Of a stretch of DNA of 64,000 nt, positions 19,568 to 30,908 are shown in pieces (positions within the stretch are counted from its first letter, which is position 1; every line of letters starts with the position of its first letter). A program made the translations under genes and the position numbers. The notes beneath the pieces were generated by a model that did no database searches, was not told the DNA's origin, and saw nothing but the letters and a program-made list of their open reading frames with translations. The stretch lies in NCBI GenBank assembly GCA_040876265.1, contig JBBDPN010000001.1, positions 246,208-310,207 of the forward strand. The letters are read 5' to 3'. The DNA is from Candidatus Woykebacteria bacterium. Its GTDB lineage: Bacteria > Patescibacteriota > Microgenomatia > Woykebacterales > RBG-16-39-9b.

Positions 19568-21847
19568 TTATTTACCCGCAACCAAGGGAATATAAAAATT
19601 AAATGTTGTACCTGCACCCACCCTGGAATCAACCCATATTTTGCCGTCGTGAAGCTCGACTAAAGACTTGACTATAAACAAACCAAGTCCAGTCCCTTTA
19701 TTTTCCTTTAAATATGACCCCGGGACTTGCTGAAATTTATCAAATATTCTGGAACGCATTTTTTCTGGAATCCCAAACCCGCTATCCTGGACACTAAAAA
19801 AGACCTTACCGTTGCTTTTATAACAGCCGATACGTACATCACCCCCATTTCCGCTGTATTTAATTGCATTGTCGATTAAGTTTACTAAAATCTCTTTGAA
19901 CCTATTTCTATCCACTTCGACTAAAAAACCGTCAATTTTGCTATTGATCTGCGAATCCAGATTGAGTCTTACACCCTTCATAGCAGCTATGGGGGTAAAC
20001 TCTTCCCTCACTTCATTAATAATGTTCAGTACTGAGACTTTGCGTAAATTCAATCTCAACCTACCCTCTTCGATTCTGGAAACATTAAGTAGCTCCGCAA
20101 CTAGTTTTGTTAGCCTGGTAGTCTCATTTTGAACCTTTTGTAGTACTGTTAGAAAATTTGTCCGGGCGTTTTCGTTTTTTAAATCTCCCAGATCTCCATT
20201 TAGCAACAGGCTTAAGTAACCATTGACGATAGTTAAAGGGGTTCTAAGTTCGTGGCTGGCCATGGATACAAACTCACTTTTAGACTTTTCCAATTCTTTA
20301 ATCGCAGTGATGTCCCGGACAATACTAATAACTTGTTCGATGTTGCCTTTCGCGTTGAATATTGGGTTGTAACTGACGCCAACCCAAATCTCCTTTTTAT
20401 CTTGACTCGTATGTAAGTGCTCGTCATAAGGAACCGCTTCGCCTGTAACAAACACTTTTGTAACTGGGTCAAAATCTGGATAGTAGTGACCAAATCTATC
20501 GTGACATTTAAAAACGTCATGGTAGTATTTGCCGACCATCTCTTCCTCACTAGAAGCTGCCATTAATTCGCAAGCGCTGTTTGTTCTAATTATTTTTAGA
20601 CTTTGGTCAAATATAAATACCGCCTCTTCAACGTTTTCAAATATAGCCCTCATTCTGTTTCTCTGTCTCTCGACCTCCAAAAGCTGCCTAGATATTTTCT
20701 CGGCTTGGTTTTTCAGAAGAGTGACGTCTCTAAAGCTTGCGCTCATCGCAACAACAGTACCCTCCTTATCTTTGATTGGAACGTAATTGGCTTCGATATA
20801 TTTTGGTGGTTTTGAGTGCAGCTTCATCAGGATATTGGACACTGGTTTTCCAGAATAAACTCTTTCTTGAGTTTTCAAAGAATTGTCGTACCTTTCTAAA
20901 TAGTATTTAAAATATTTACGTCTATTTTTTACTATTTTTTCTCTAGCCACACCAACCAAATTAGTTTTAACCGAAAACAATTTTTTAAGTGAAGGGTTCA
21001 TGAATAAAACCCGACCGTCCTTATCATAGAGAGCTAGACCTTCCTTCACTGTTTTATAGATAGCGTCTAGCTTTTTCTTCTCCTCTTGCAAATCCAGTTC
21101 TGCTTCATGGCGCTCCGTTATATCCCTGATCAGAGCCATAATCGCTTTTCGGCCCCTATGATTTATTAATGACGCACTTATTTCAACTGGCACCTTCTTC
21201 CCCATTTTTGTCAAAAGATCAACTTCGTAGGTCTTGGGTACCGGCTTACCGGACAACCTTTTTTTGTGGATCTGCAGTGCCAAGCTTCTAAACTCAGGCG
21301 CGATGAATTTGGTAAACTGCTTCCTAATTGCATCTGAGAGCTTAAAACCGGTCAGTTTTTCCATCCTTGTATTTGCAAATTTCAAAAGACCATCCTGAAT
21401 TATTACAATTCCATCATTACCTTTTTCTACTAAAGTCGCATACCTCCCCTGAGACTCCATTAGCGCTCTCTCAGTCTTTTTGTGAGCTCTTAATTCTTTT
21501 CGTAAGGCCTTACCACTAAGAGTAGTTTTCTCTGTACGAGCCTCAATTTTTTTAGTGAGCTTTTTATTAAGTTCTTTTAGTTCGCCAACATTTCCTCTAA
21601 TAACCTGCAGTATTTCGTTGACACCAGTGAAAACTGACGTGAATTCGTTTTCTTTTCCGGGTAGTTTGAGTCGTTTTGAGAAATCTCCTACTGCAGCTTT
21701 CGAGAAAACCGGAAATAATTTAGCAATTTGCTTTGCAACGAAGTTTTTGTATTTTTTTAATTCTTTATTTTTGGGCTCATATTTATTATCAACCATCTTT
21801 ACTTTAGTAACCTTTAAAATTGTATTCCTCATACAAATACCACCCAA
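19568..21847 (-). CDS. Cytoplasmic multi-PAS sensor histidine kinase (start uncertain)
   Basis: Three PAS-like blocks, SHELRTPL H-box, NLIDNAIKY, DSGFGIP, GTGLGL. Confidence 0.93.
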   Translation of the reverse strand: MGGICMRNTILKVTKVKMVDNKYEPKNKELKKYKNFVAKQIAKLFPVFSKAAVGDFSKRLKLPGKENEFTSVFTGVNEILQVIRGNVGELKELNKKLTKKIEARTEKTTLSGKALRKELRAHKKTERALMESQGRYATLVEKGNDGIVIIQDGLLKFANTRMEKLTGFKLSDAIRKQFTKFIAPEFRSLALQIHKKRLSGKPVPKTYEVDLLTKMGKKVPVEISASLINHRGRKAIMALIRDITERHEAELDLQEEKKKLDAIYKTVKEGLALYDKDGRVLFMNPSLKKLFSVKTNLVGVAREKIVKNRRKYFKYYLERYDNSLKTQERVYSGKPVSNILMKLHSKPPKYIEANYVPIKDKEGTVVAMSASFRDVTLLKNQAEKISRQLLEVERQRNRMRAIFENVEEAVFIFDQSLKIIRTNSACELMAASSEEEMVGKYYHDVFKCHDRFGHYYPDFDPVTKVFVTGEAVPYDEHLHTSQDKKEIWVGVSYNPIFNAKGNIEQVISIVRDITAIKELEKSKSEFVSMASHELRTPLTIVNGYLSLLLNGDLGDLKNENARTNFLTVLQKVQNETTRLTKLVAELLNVSRIEEGRLRLNLRKVSVLNIINEVREEFTPIAAMKGVRLNLDSQINSKIDGFLVEVDRNRFKEILVNLIDNAIKYSGNGGDVRIGCYKSNGKVFFSVQDSGFGIPEKMRSRIFDKFQQVPGSYLKENKGTGLGLFIVKSLVELHDGKIWVDSRVGAGTTFNFYIPLVAGK

Positions 21848-21924
21848 CGTATTGAGTAGATTAAATACTAATCAAACTTTAAGTAAATATTATAGTAGTA
21901 CTATAAAGTGGCTTTTGAGGAAAA

Positions 21925-24774
21925 TCAAGAGGCAGCTATACGATCGGCCGCCAATAACTTCTTGAGGTAACCACCAGTGTAAGATTTTTCGTTCCTAGCC
22001 ACGGACTCGGGCTGGCCGCTAGCAACCACCTGACCACCAGAGTCTCCTCCATCAGGGCCCAAGTCAATAATCCAATCGGCGGTTTTTATAACTTCTAAAT
22101 TATGCTCTATCACGACCACAGTGTTGCCAATATCCACAAGACGATGGAGAACGTTTAGGAGGTTTTCTATATCGGCAAAATGCAACCCTGTCGTCGGTTC
22201 GTCAAGTATGTACAAAGTTTTCCCGGTACTTTTTCGAGACAGCTCCGTGGAGAGTTTAACTCTTTGGGCTTCCCCTCCAGAAAGAGTTGTGGCTGGCTGG
22301 CCCAACTTCATATAGCCTAGACCAACATCATAAAGAGTTGAAAGTTTATTTTTTATTGCCGGAATGTTTTTGAAAAACTTTAATGCCTCGGAAATAGTCG
22401 TATCTAAAACATCGGCAATTGTTTTGTCCTTGTAGAATATTTCTAAAGCTTCGCGGTTGTACCTTTTTCCGCCACAAACCTCGCAGGTAACGTAAACGTC
22501 AGGTAAAAATTGCATCTCAATTTTTACAGCTCCGTCACCCTGGCATGCTTCGCACCGACCCCCCTTAACATTAAAGGAAAATCTCCCTGACTTGTAACCT
22601 CGAATTCTAGCGACAGAGGTTTTCGCGAAAAGCTCTCTTACATGAGAAAAAGCCCCTGTGTAGGTAGCTGGGTTTGACCGAGGTGTCCTTCCAATGGGTG
22701 ACTGATCAATATCAACGACTTTATCGATAAATTCTATACCAGTTATTTTTTTAAACCTACCGGGTTTTATTTTAGAGTTGTAAAAATAATTGGAGAGAGC
22801 TTTATGCAGTATGTCCTCGGCTAGACTGGACTTACCACTACCAGATACACCAGTTATGCAGACAAATTTGCCCAAAGGGATACTTACGTTAATATTTTTT
22901 AAATTATTCTCCATTGCCCCGATAATTTGCAGGTCCTTGCCGATACCACTTCTGATTTTTGCTTGCCTCATTACTTGACGTTTTCCAGAAATATATTCTC
23001 CTGTAAGCGAGTTTTTGCTCTTTACAATTTCAGCCGGTGGCCCGGAGTAAATTACTTCACCGCCCTTCTCTCCAGCAGCCGGACCGATATCAACTAGCCA
23101 GTCCGAAGATTCTATAGTCTCTTTATCATGCTCAACTACGACAACACTGTTACCGAGACCTCTAAGATTTTTCAGCGTACTGATTAATTTGAGGTTATCT
23201 TTTTGGTGCAAACCAATTGAGGGCTCATCTAGGCAATAAAGTACCCCAGAAAGACCCGAACCTATTTGACTTGCCAATCTTATTCGTTGGGCCTCACCAC
23301 CAGCTAAAGTTGCGCTTGTTCTATTTATGGCCAGGTAGTCCAGACCAACGTCGACAAGAAATTTAAGCCTAGCCTGTATTTCTTTTAGTACCTGTTTTAC
23401 TATTTGCTGCTCTTTTTCGGTTAAAGTTAGAGACCAAAACCAACTCTTCACATCTGAAATTGACATACCCGAGATCTCTCCAATTGATTTCCCATTCACA
23501 CTTACATATTGGGCTTCTTTTTTCAATCGACTACCTAGGCAAGTGCCGCAGATTTCTTCCCGCATGTATTTTTGAATTTCCCGTCTGGTCCAATCACTAT
23601 CGGTTTCTTTATATCGACGCATCAGCTCTGGGATCACCCCCTCAAAGCTTGTGTTAAAACTTATCTGTTTTCCAAACCGATTTCTCCCTGACACAACAAA
23701 GGCTTCCGAACTTGATCCGTAAAGAATTACCTTTAATGTTGTCTCGGGAAGTTTACCCAACGGACTACTTAGAGAAAAACCCAAATGATCTGCCAGCGCT
23801 TCCAATCGTCGACTTGTCCAAGTATCGTGAGCCAGGAGTCTTTGCCAAGGAATAATAGCCCCTTCTGTGATTGAAAGCTTTCTATTTGGGATGACTAAGT
23901 CTGGATCAACTGTAAGTTTTGTGCCAATCCCTTGACAGCTTTCGCAAGCTCCGCGAGGAGAATTAAAAGAAAAGGTTCGTGGTTCTAGTTCCGGAAGAGT
24001 GACTTCGTGATCAGGACAAGAGTACTTCTCGGAAAACGTCCGATCTTTTTTTAACGTTGGGCCGCTTACTACTACCACACCGTCGCCCAAACGTAAAGCA
24101 GTTTCGACTGATTCGGTGAGCCTTTGTCTATCCACTGGTAGTTCTATCCTATCGACAACTACTTCTATATCATGTATCTTGTATCTATCCAAGGATGGCA
24201 CTTCACCTATCTCGAAAACTCGACCATCTACCCTCACTCTAACAAACCCCTTTTTTCTCAAATCGCTAAAAATCTCCTCGTAAATACCTTTCCGACCTTT
24301 AATAACCGGCGCTAAAATTACTACCTTTAATCCTTTTTTACCACCGATTTTCATTATTTGATCAACAATCTCTTGCGGGGACTGGGCCTCGATCTTCTTA
24401 CCATCGACTGGGCAATGTGGTGTGCCTATCCTGGCCCAAAGCAATCTCATGTAATCGTAGATTTCAGTGATCGTACCTACGGTAGATCTGGGGTTTTTTG
24501 AAGCGCTTTTCTGGTCAATAGAAATTGCTGGCGAGAGGCCCTCAATTTGATCCACATCTGGCTTTTCCATGAGACCTAGGAACTGCCTGGCGTAAGCGGA
24601 AAGAGACTCTACATAGCGTCTTTGGCCTTCGGCGTAGAGGGTATCGAAAGCTAGGGAACTTTTCCCGGAGCCGCTAATCCCGGTTATAACTACGAGTTTA
24701 TTTTTTGGGATTTCTAAACTGATATTTTTGAGGTTGTGCTCGCGGGCACCTTTTATAATTATCTTATCCTGCAT
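21925..24774 (-). CDS. uvrA: Excinuclease ABC subunit A
   Basis: Two [10 protein letters not shown] Walker A motifs, Zn fingers, LSGGEAQR. Confidence 0.98.
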   Translation of the reverse strand: MQDKIIIKGAREHNLKNISLEIPKNKLVVITGISGSGKSSLAFDTLYAEGQRRYVESLSAYARQFLGLMEKPDVDQIEGLSPAISIDQKSASKNPRSTVGTITEIYDYMRLLWARIGTPHCPVDGKKIEAQSPQEIVDQIMKIGGKKGLKVVILAPVIKGRKGIYEEIFSDLRKKGFVRVRVDGRVFEIGEVPSLDRYKIHDIEVVVDRIELPVDRQRLTESVETALRLGDGVVVVSGPTLKKDRTFSEKYSCPDHEVTLPELEPRTFSFNSPRGACESCQGIGTKLTVDPDLVIPNRKLSITEGAIIPWQRLLAHDTWTSRRLEALADHLGFSLSSPLGKLPETTLKVILYGSSSEAFVVSGRNRFGKQISFNTSFEGVIPELMRRYKETDSDWTRREIQKYMREEICGTCLGSRLKKEAQYVSVNGKSIGEISGMSISDVKSWFWSLTLTEKEQQIVKQVLKEIQARLKFLVDVGLDYLAINRTSATLAGGEAQRIRLASQIGSGLSGVLYCLDEPSIGLHQKDNLKLISTLKNLRGLGNSVVVVEHDKETIESSDWLVDIGPAAGEKGGEVIYSGPPAEIVKSKNSLTGEYISGKRQVMRQAKIRSGIGKDLQIIGAMENNLKNINVSIPLGKFVCITGVSGSGKSSLAEDILHKALSNYFYNSKIKPGRFKKITGIEFIDKVVDIDQSPIGRTPRSNPATYTGAFSHVRELFAKTSVARIRGYKSGRFSFNVKGGRCEACQGDGAVKIEMQFLPDVYVTCEVCGGKRYNREALEIFYKDKTIADVLDTTISEALKFFKNIPAIKNKLSTLYDVGLGYMKLGQPATTLSGGEAQRVKLSTELSRKSTGKTLYILDEPTTGLHFADIENLLNVLHRLVDIGNTVVVIEHNLEVIKTADWIIDLGPDGGDSGGQVVASGQPESVARNEKSYTGGYLKKLLAADRIAAS

Positions 24775-24871
24775 CTTTACTCCAAATAGTGATCAGTTAG
24801 TTTACTACGCTTTGCAAATTTTGACAAGAGTAGTAGAATACTCCTCACGAAAAAAGGAAGGAGGGATTACT

Positions 24872-25171
24872 GTGGACACCATCGAGAAACAGTGGTCGCT
24901 AGTATCTGGTCACGGCTCTGTTCTTTTCTACATCGCCGTGTGCCCTGGTTGTACCACCAAAGACATTGCTGACGCCATGTCGCTGACCCGTCGGACTGTC
25001 TGGGGTGTAATCGGAGATCTTCGCCGTAAGAAGATGATTAACGTCCGGAAGGAAGGTCGCCGCCATCACTACACAGTCAACCTGAATGACGAGTCAAGGT
25101 TCACCCACCCTATCATGGATTGGCCCATGAATCTTGTCCTGGGCGGGATAGTTCATCAGCACTCTAAATAA
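24872..25171 (+). CDS. Winged-helix (MarR/ArsR-like) DNA-binding protein (start GTG 24872)
   Basis: WSLVSGHGSVL..IA..P....DIA....T.RTV...I.DL, GRRHHYTV; SD AAGGAGGG. Confidence 0.8.
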   Translation: MDTIEKQWSLVSGHGSVLFYIAVCPGCTTKDIADAMSLTRRTVWGVIGDLRRKKMINVRKEGRRHHYTVNLNDESRFTHPIMDWPMNLVLGGIVHQHSK

Positions 25172-25758
25172 ACTAAAGATAGGAGATGATCCGTGATATA
25201 ATCTAAACACCAGAGAGACATCATTCGAACTTCCTACTCATGGAGCCGAGCCCAGGCTTGGTAGCCTCTATCTTCGAAAAGAGATTCCCTGAAGGGTGTC
25301 TGGGTTGGGCTCCACCATACCGACTCCGGGGTGAGACTGGGTCCAAGCTCGCGACATTGTGGGCATCCACCACGGGGTCGGTTCCAAAACCTTGAAGAAA
25401 GTTGAGATATCATCATGGACGTGAGAGACAGGAAAACCCCTGTCTCACTGAGGGAAAAGGCACAGTTACCTCAGGTCGCAGACGGCCCCCCTTGCGGTTG
25501 ACCTCCTCTCACGTCCTCCAAACTTTGGGTTCCATCGCGTTGTCCGCAACGACAGAGTAGGCCAGTGGCAATGTGGGACCACCGGCGGGAGTGTTGGGAG
25601 CTTTGGTTCTCAGAAGATGCACCTTCAGTGCCTGGGCTCAAGACTCTCCCGCTCCAAATCGGCTTCAAAACCGTTCTCCTGGGAGTGCCCAACCGGCATA
25701 ATGGAGGAGATGGTTTTGAGGAGTCAACAACGGGTTTAACGGTGGACACACTAACGCT

Positions 25759-25791
25759 AAGGTTCCAGTATCGCCTCCCTACTGGAACCTT
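25759..25791. terminator. Hairpin, probable terminator between convergent units
   Basis: Perfect 12-bp stem AAGGTTCCAGTA/TACTGGAACCTT next to the uvrB stop. Confidence 0.75.
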
Positions 25792-25800
25792 TCTCTATTT

Positions 25801-27822
25801 CTAAGTAATTTTATTAGCTTCTTTTGCTGTCACAGTTTTTGGAACTTTGAGTTGTTGGTTTTTTAGCTCTAGCATTTGATCGCGGAGGATCGCGGCGCGT
25901 TCAAAGTCCGTTTCTTTAGCAGCCGCCATCATCTCTGCTGTCAAATCTCGGATAAGCCTTTTCACCTGATCTTTCGGTACTTTTGTTAGATCTAATTCCT
26001 GCGTAGTCTCTGCTTCAGGCTGCAATTCCTTTAATCTTTCGCCGATATCGCGAATGGTTTTTTGGATAGTTGCTGGAGTGATATTGTGCTTTCTGTTGTA
26101 AGAGAGCTGAGTTTTTCTTCGACGACTTGTTTCCTCTATTGCCCCCTTCATAGATTTGGTAACTTCGTCTGCATACATGATTACTTTTCCCTCCACGTGT
26201 CGTGCGGCTCTACCAATGGTCTGAACTAGTGAGGTCTTGCTGCGTAAAAACCCTTCCTTATCCGCGTCAAGAATGGCAACTAAAGTAACCTCGGGAAGGT
26301 CTAAACCCTCTCGGAGTAAATTAATTCCCACCAAAACATCGTATTTACCAGTCCGTAAATCTCTGAGGATGTCGATTCGCTCCAATGTATCAACCATATG
26401 ATGAATGTACATAACCTTCATTTCTCTCTCCTGAAGATATTCAGTAAGATCCTCAGCCATTCTTTTTGTTAGAGTAGTAACCAAGACACGCTGGCCCCTT
26501 TTCACTCGGGCCCGAATTTCTTTTATCAAATCTGGAATTTGCCCTTCCGTATCCCTTATTTCTACCTCCGGATCCACAATTCCAGTTGGACGGATGATTT
26601 GTTCTGCAACTTGCTTTGAGATTGAAAGTTCATAGTCCCTAGGGGTAGCTGAAACATAAATAATCGGGCCGATTTTTCGCATCGCCTCCTCAAACGTGAG
26701 CGGCCTATTATCCATGGCAGAAGGAAGCCTAAAACCGTTCTCAATTAGCAACTCTTTGCGTTTTTTCTCCCCATGCCACATCCCTCTTATCTGAGGAATA
26801 CTCATGTGCGATTCATCAATGAACGTAATAAAGTCTTTTGGAAAATAATCTAGTAGGGAAAAGGGGGGCTCGCCCGGTTTTCGACCGTCAAAAAACCGAG
26901 AGTAGTTCTCTATCCCCTTAACAAAGCCCACCTCACGCAGCATCTCAAGATCATAATTAACCCTGTTTGTAATTCTCTGAAGCTCAACCAATTTGTTTTG
27001 CTTTTTTAAACGACTGCCCCACTCATCGAACTCTTCTTGTATTTTTGCCAGGGGATCGTAGGAAAGATCGACCGGGGCGTTATAATGGCGGGCCGGAAAA
27101 ACCATCAACTCGTTCATTTCTTCGATTCTTTCGAAGCTAATCGGGTCTACCTTAGTAATTTTCTCCACCTTATCACTAAGTAGTGAAACTCTGACGGCGA
27201 ACTCTTCGTAGGCTGGATGCAACTCCAACGTGTCTCCCTTTACCCTAAAGGTGGATCTTTTCAAATCCTGATCGTTTCGCTCATACTGCATGTGAGCCAG
27301 GGTTTCTTTGATTTTTTCTATTGGTATTATTTGATCCTTGAACAACGTGAGCGTACTTTGTCGATAGGCATCAGGCGAACCAATATTGTAGATACAGGAG
27401 ACGCTGGCGACTATCAAAACATCTCGTCGGGTAAGCAAGGATTTTGTTGCGGCAAGTCGCAGTCTATCAATCTCTTGGTTTATATCTGAATCCTTTTCAA
27501 TATAAAGATCGATCTGTGGGACGTATGACTCGGGCTGATAATAGTCGTAGTAAGATACAAAATATTCCACAGAGTTGTTTGGAAAGAACTCGCGAAATTC
27601 GGCAGCAAGTTGGGCTGCCAATGTTTTATTGTGAGCAATAATAAGGGTGGGTTTGTTTAGATTGGCCACTATATTGGCCATAGTGAAGGTTTTTCCAGTA
27701 CCGGTAGCACCAAGTAGGGTCTGGTGTCGCAAACCCCTCTCTAGACCGTCTGAGAGCTTTACAACGGCTTCAGGTTGGTCACCTGTCGGTGGCCAAGGAG
27801 CTTTTAATTCAAACTTAGACAT
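25801..27822 (-). CDS. uvrB: Excinuclease ABC subunit B
   Basis: GATGTGKT, YFVSYYDYYQPE, DESH, QTIGRAAR. Confidence 0.98.
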   Translation of the reverse strand: MSKFELKAPWPPTGDQPEAVVKLSDGLERGLRHQTLLGATGTGKTFTMANIVANLNKPTLIIAHNKTLAAQLAAEFREFFPNNSVEYFVSYYDYYQPESYVPQIDLYIEKDSDINQEIDRLRLAATKSLLTRRDVLIVASVSCIYNIGSPDAYRQSTLTLFKDQIIPIEKIKETLAHMQYERNDQDLKRSTFRVKGDTLELHPAYEEFAVRVSLLSDKVEKITKVDPISFERIEEMNELMVFPARHYNAPVDLSYDPLAKIQEEFDEWGSRLKKQNKLVELQRITNRVNYDLEMLREVGFVKGIENYSRFFDGRKPGEPPFSLLDYFPKDFITFIDESHMSIPQIRGMWHGEKKRKELLIENGFRLPSAMDNRPLTFEEAMRKIGPIIYVSATPRDYELSISKQVAEQIIRPTGIVDPEVEIRDTEGQIPDLIKEIRARVKRGQRVLVTTLTKRMAEDLTEYLQEREMKVMYIHHMVDTLERIDILRDLRTGKYDVLVGINLLREGLDLPEVTLVAILDADKEGFLRSKTSLVQTIGRAARHVEGKVIMYADEVTKSMKGAIEETSRRRKTQLSYNRKHNITPATIQKTIRDIGERLKELQPEAETTQELDLTKVPKDQVKRLIRDLTAEMMAAAKETDFERAAILRDQMLELKNQQLKVPKTVTAKEANKIT

Positions 27823-27979
27823 AAGCTCCCATTTTATCTTAAATCAACCAATTAATAAAACCTCAGGTGTAGGTTGATATACTTTTACCCAGTTGACAAA
27901 TAACCGAAAATTTGACGATAATATAACCAGAAAAAAGACGAAGAAATTACTTATTAGCTCTTAAAGGTAATTTAATTAT

Positions 27980-28597
27980 ATGGCCCCAGTAATTTACAAA
28001 AGAGAACGTGACCTTCTAAATTTTATCTCCCAATTTATGCAAAAGCGTGGTTTTGCGCCTACTCTTGCTGAAATCTGTGATGGCTTGGGTTTAAGATCTC
28101 CAGCCACTGTCCATGAACACATCCAAAATTTAATCGATAAAGGAGTTTTGAAAAAAGATGAAGGCGTTAGAAGAGGTTTGGAGATCGTAGATCAGAAGAT
28201 CATGGGTTGGGTACAAAATATAGTCGAGATTCCTTTGGTGGGTAGGATCGCGGCTGGCGAGCCAATTGAAGCAATTAGCGACCACACTTCGGTCGTAAAT
28301 GTCCCACCCGAGATGGTTGGGAAAAAGAAGTGTTTTTCCCTGCAGGTACGCGGTAACAGTATGGTTGAGGCGGCCATACTCGACGGTGATTTCGTAATTT
28401 GTGAAGAAACAAGCGAGGCTAATAATGGTGAGATCGTTGTGGCGCTGCTCAATGAAAATTTTGCAACTCTGAAAAGATTTTTTAAAGAGCCTACTCACAT
28501 CCGACTGGAACCAGCCAACTCCTCCATGAATCCGATTATTACCAAAAATGTCACTATTCAAGGAAAGGTAGTTGGAGTAATCCGTCGGTACCACTAG
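27980..28597 (+). CDS. lexA: SOS repressor LexA (core copy)
   Basis: wHTH PTLAEI...SPATVHEH, IAAG cleavage site, GNSM Ser, ATLK Lys. Confidence 0.95.
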   Translation: MAPVIYKRERDLLNFISQFMQKRGFAPTLAEICDGLGLRSPATVHEHIQNLIDKGVLKKDEGVRRGLEIVDQKIMGWVQNIVEIPLVGRIAAGEPIEAISDHTSVVNVPPEMVGKKKCFSLQVRGNSMVEAAILDGDFVICEETSEANNGEIVVALLNENFATLKRFFKEPTHIRLEPANSSMNPIITKNVTIQGKVVGVIRRYH

Positions 28598-29841
28598 ACA
28601 AAGATCAAGCCTACCACAGCAGCTGTCATTATCACGAAAGTGATCGTCCCAAGTGTATTTGAAATAATCCCATTAGTATTAACACCCATAATAGATTTCT
28701 GATTTCCCATGTGTAAAATCAGCAATATAATGACCGGCGAGATAAATCCATAAATGACCGCCGTGTAAAAAAGGGCATCAAATGGGTTGATGTTTAGTAG
28801 ATTCATAAAAAATCCTAATATAGTTGACGCAATAATAATCAGATAAAAAGCTTTTGCCTCGCGGAATTTTTTATTCAGCCCTTCCGACCAACCAAACGCT
28901 TCACTCAAAGCGTAGGCGGCACTTCCAGCCAAAACCGGTATGGCTAGCAACCCAGTTCCCACTATCCCTAAAGTAAACAGCAGCCCTGAAGCATCGCCAG
29001 CCAAGGGCTTGAGCGCTACTGCAGCCTGATCGGCTGTCTGGATATCGTGAATACCGTTGGCAAAGAGAGTTGAAGCGGTTGTGGCGATAATAAAAAACAT
29101 CACTAAGTTCGAAAAAAACATACCAGTTGTAACATCACCTCTCATATTTTTTAGCTCGTGCTTGGTCACAATATGCCGTTTTAATTTTCTTATCCTTTTT
29201 TCCTCATCTACTTCTTCAACTTCCTCACTAGCTTGCCAGAAGAAAAGATAGGGAGATATAGTGGTACCAAAGATAGCGACAATTAAAATTATGTATTCGG
29301 GCTTAAAGCTAATCTGCGGCAGTATCGTGTCTCGTATTATTTCCAGCCAATCCTGTTTGGTAATTATCGCTGCTAAAACATAGGTGAAAAGGGCGAGTGT
29401 AAGCCACTTCAGATACCTAGAAAAAATGTGATAGGGAACAAAGAGCATCGTCAAGACGATAAACCCAGTGTAAAAAATTCCGTAGATCAGGGGATTTATA
29501 TCTAAAAGAAGCTTACTAGCTGCCGCCATACCTCCAAGATCTGCACCAATGTTTATTGTGTTGGCTACTACCACCATTGATGCAATGGCGTAGAGGAAAA
29601 TCTTGGGGTAATGAAGCTTCATGTTCCCAACCAACCCGCGATCTGTAACCAACCCAATTCGAGCACTCATTTCTTGAACAGCACTCATCAAAGGAAAGGT
29701 AAACAAAACAGTCCAGAGGGTGGTGTACCCGGACTGGGCTCCGGCTATGGAATATGTGGCTATACCAGATGGGTCATCGTCACTTGCTCCCGTTATTAAA
29801 CCTGGACCAAAAGAGGAAAAAAATTTTTTAATTTTTCTCAT
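28594..29841 (-). CDS. NRAMP-family divalent metal transporter
   Basis: GPGLITGASDDDPSGIATYS, GTTISPYLFFWQ. Confidence 0.9.
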   Translation of the reverse strand: MRKIKKFFSSFGPGLITGASDDDPSGIATYSIAGAQSGYTTLWTVLFTFPLMSAVQEMSARIGLVTDRGLVGNMKLHYPKIFLYAIASMVVVANTINIGADLGGMAAASKLLLDINPLIYGIFYTGFIVLTMLFVPYHIFSRYLKWLTLALFTYVLAAIITKQDWLEIIRDTILPQISFKPEYIILIVAIFGTTISPYLFFWQASEEVEEVDEEKRIRKLKRHIVTKHELKNMRGDVTTGMFFSNLVMFFIIATTASTLFANGIHDIQTADQAAVALKPLAGDASGLLFTLGIVGTGLLAIPVLAGSAAYALSEAFGWSEGLNKKFREAKAFYLIIIASTILGFFMNLLNINPFDALFYTAVIYGFISPVIILLILHMGNQKSIMGVNTNGIISNTLGTITFVIMTAAVVGLIFV

Positions 29842-30213
29842 TTAAACTCCAAGTATAGACCGTACTTCGGCCACTACTTGAGCTGGGGTATATAAACTTT
29901 TTATAATGTAAGCTTTGGCACCAATTTGGAGAGCCTGTTTTATCAACTCATCTTGGCCCAAGTTACTTAGAACAATAACATCTATTTTTTTGGTAGAAGA
30001 GGATGACTTAATCTGTTTTAGGACCTCAAGACCATCAATTTTTGGTATCATTATATCCAAAAGCACTACGTCAAACTGCTCTTCCTTAATAGAATTTAGA
30101 GCGGCTTCCCCATCGGCAGCTGTTTTTGTATCAAATCCGTGCTTGGAAAATTGGTGGGTGTAAAGTTCGGAGACAAAATTGTCGTCTTCAACAATCAATA
30201 TCTTTTTTGCCAT
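29842..30213 (-). CDS. Single-domain response regulator
   Basis: IVEDD, LLDIMIPKIDG, YIIK. Confidence 0.93.
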   Translation of the reverse strand: MAKKILIVEDDNFVSELYTHQFSKHGFDTKTAADGEAALNSIKEEQFDVVLLDIMIPKIDGLEVLKQIKSSSSTKKIDVIVLSNLGQDELIKQALQIGAKAYIIKSLYTPAQVVAEVRSILGV

Positions 30214-30272
30214 ATCCTAATTCATTATACCGATTTACCAGGGGCCGATGTCAAACCAATCTTTAAGAGAAC

Positions 30273-30854
30273 CTAAACTTTCTTTTTTAAAAGCTGGTTA
30301 AATAGGTAAAGACCGCCTACTAGAAGTATTACGATGCCAATCGTAAATATTTCAAAGTACTCCGACAAATATCTTTGAATTGTTGGACCAAAAATAAATA
30401 TGAGAGTCGCGATAAGAAAAAACCGCCCCGCCCGTCCTATAAAAGACGCGATAATAAATCTCTTTAAATCCAAATCAAAAAGGCCCGCCGAAATAGTAAA
30501 TATTTTATAAGGTATAGGACTAAAAGCCGCGATTAGTATGGCCCAGACGTCATAACGGTGGTAATATAGCCTAACTTTATATAACTTTTCTTCGCTGATA
30601 AAGCGCTTGACTAAAGGCTTACCTCCTTTATTACCTAAAAAGTAGCCAACTAAACCCCCAGAAAGCGAAGCGACGGTGGTAATTAAGGCTAATAGAAATG
30701 ACAGCGGGGGGTTTAGTAAAGCTAAGGGAATTAAGAAAATATCCGGAGGTAATGGCAGAAATATTGATTCAGAGGCCGCTACCAGCGCCAAAAGAGCTAC
30801 ACTATAATTTGAGTTTACGACAGAATCTATGGAAGGACCAAAAGCTTCAAACAT
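30273..30854 (-). CDS. DedA/YqaA (VTT domain) membrane protein
   Basis: ESIFLPLPPD, FSPIPYKIFTISAG, GRAGRF. Confidence 0.92.
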   Translation of the reverse strand: MFEAFGPSIDSVVNSNYSVALLALVAASESIFLPLPPDIFLIPLALLNPPLSFLLALITTVASLSGGLVGYFLGNKGGKPLVKRFISEEKLYKVRLYYHRYDVWAILIAAFSPIPYKIFTISAGLFDLDLKRFIIASFIGRAGRFFLIATLIFIFGPTIQRYLSEYFEIFTIGIVILLVGGLYLFNQLLKKKV

Positions 30855-30908
30855 TTAAATTGATTTACAAGAATAACTTGGGCCAATGAATATGATATCA
30901 TAGTCACC

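Noticed and set aside
25290-25340. CTCCACCA followed by GGGGTGA as a possible permuted tmRNA
   Set aside because: No T-loop (GTTCRA) before the CCA and the acceptor stem does not pair beyond 4-5 bp.
27880-27979. SOS box upstream of core lexA/uvrB
   Set aside because: A promoter-like TTGACA is present, but I could not identify a convincing palindrome; this would need motif discovery across recA/lexA/uvr promoters.
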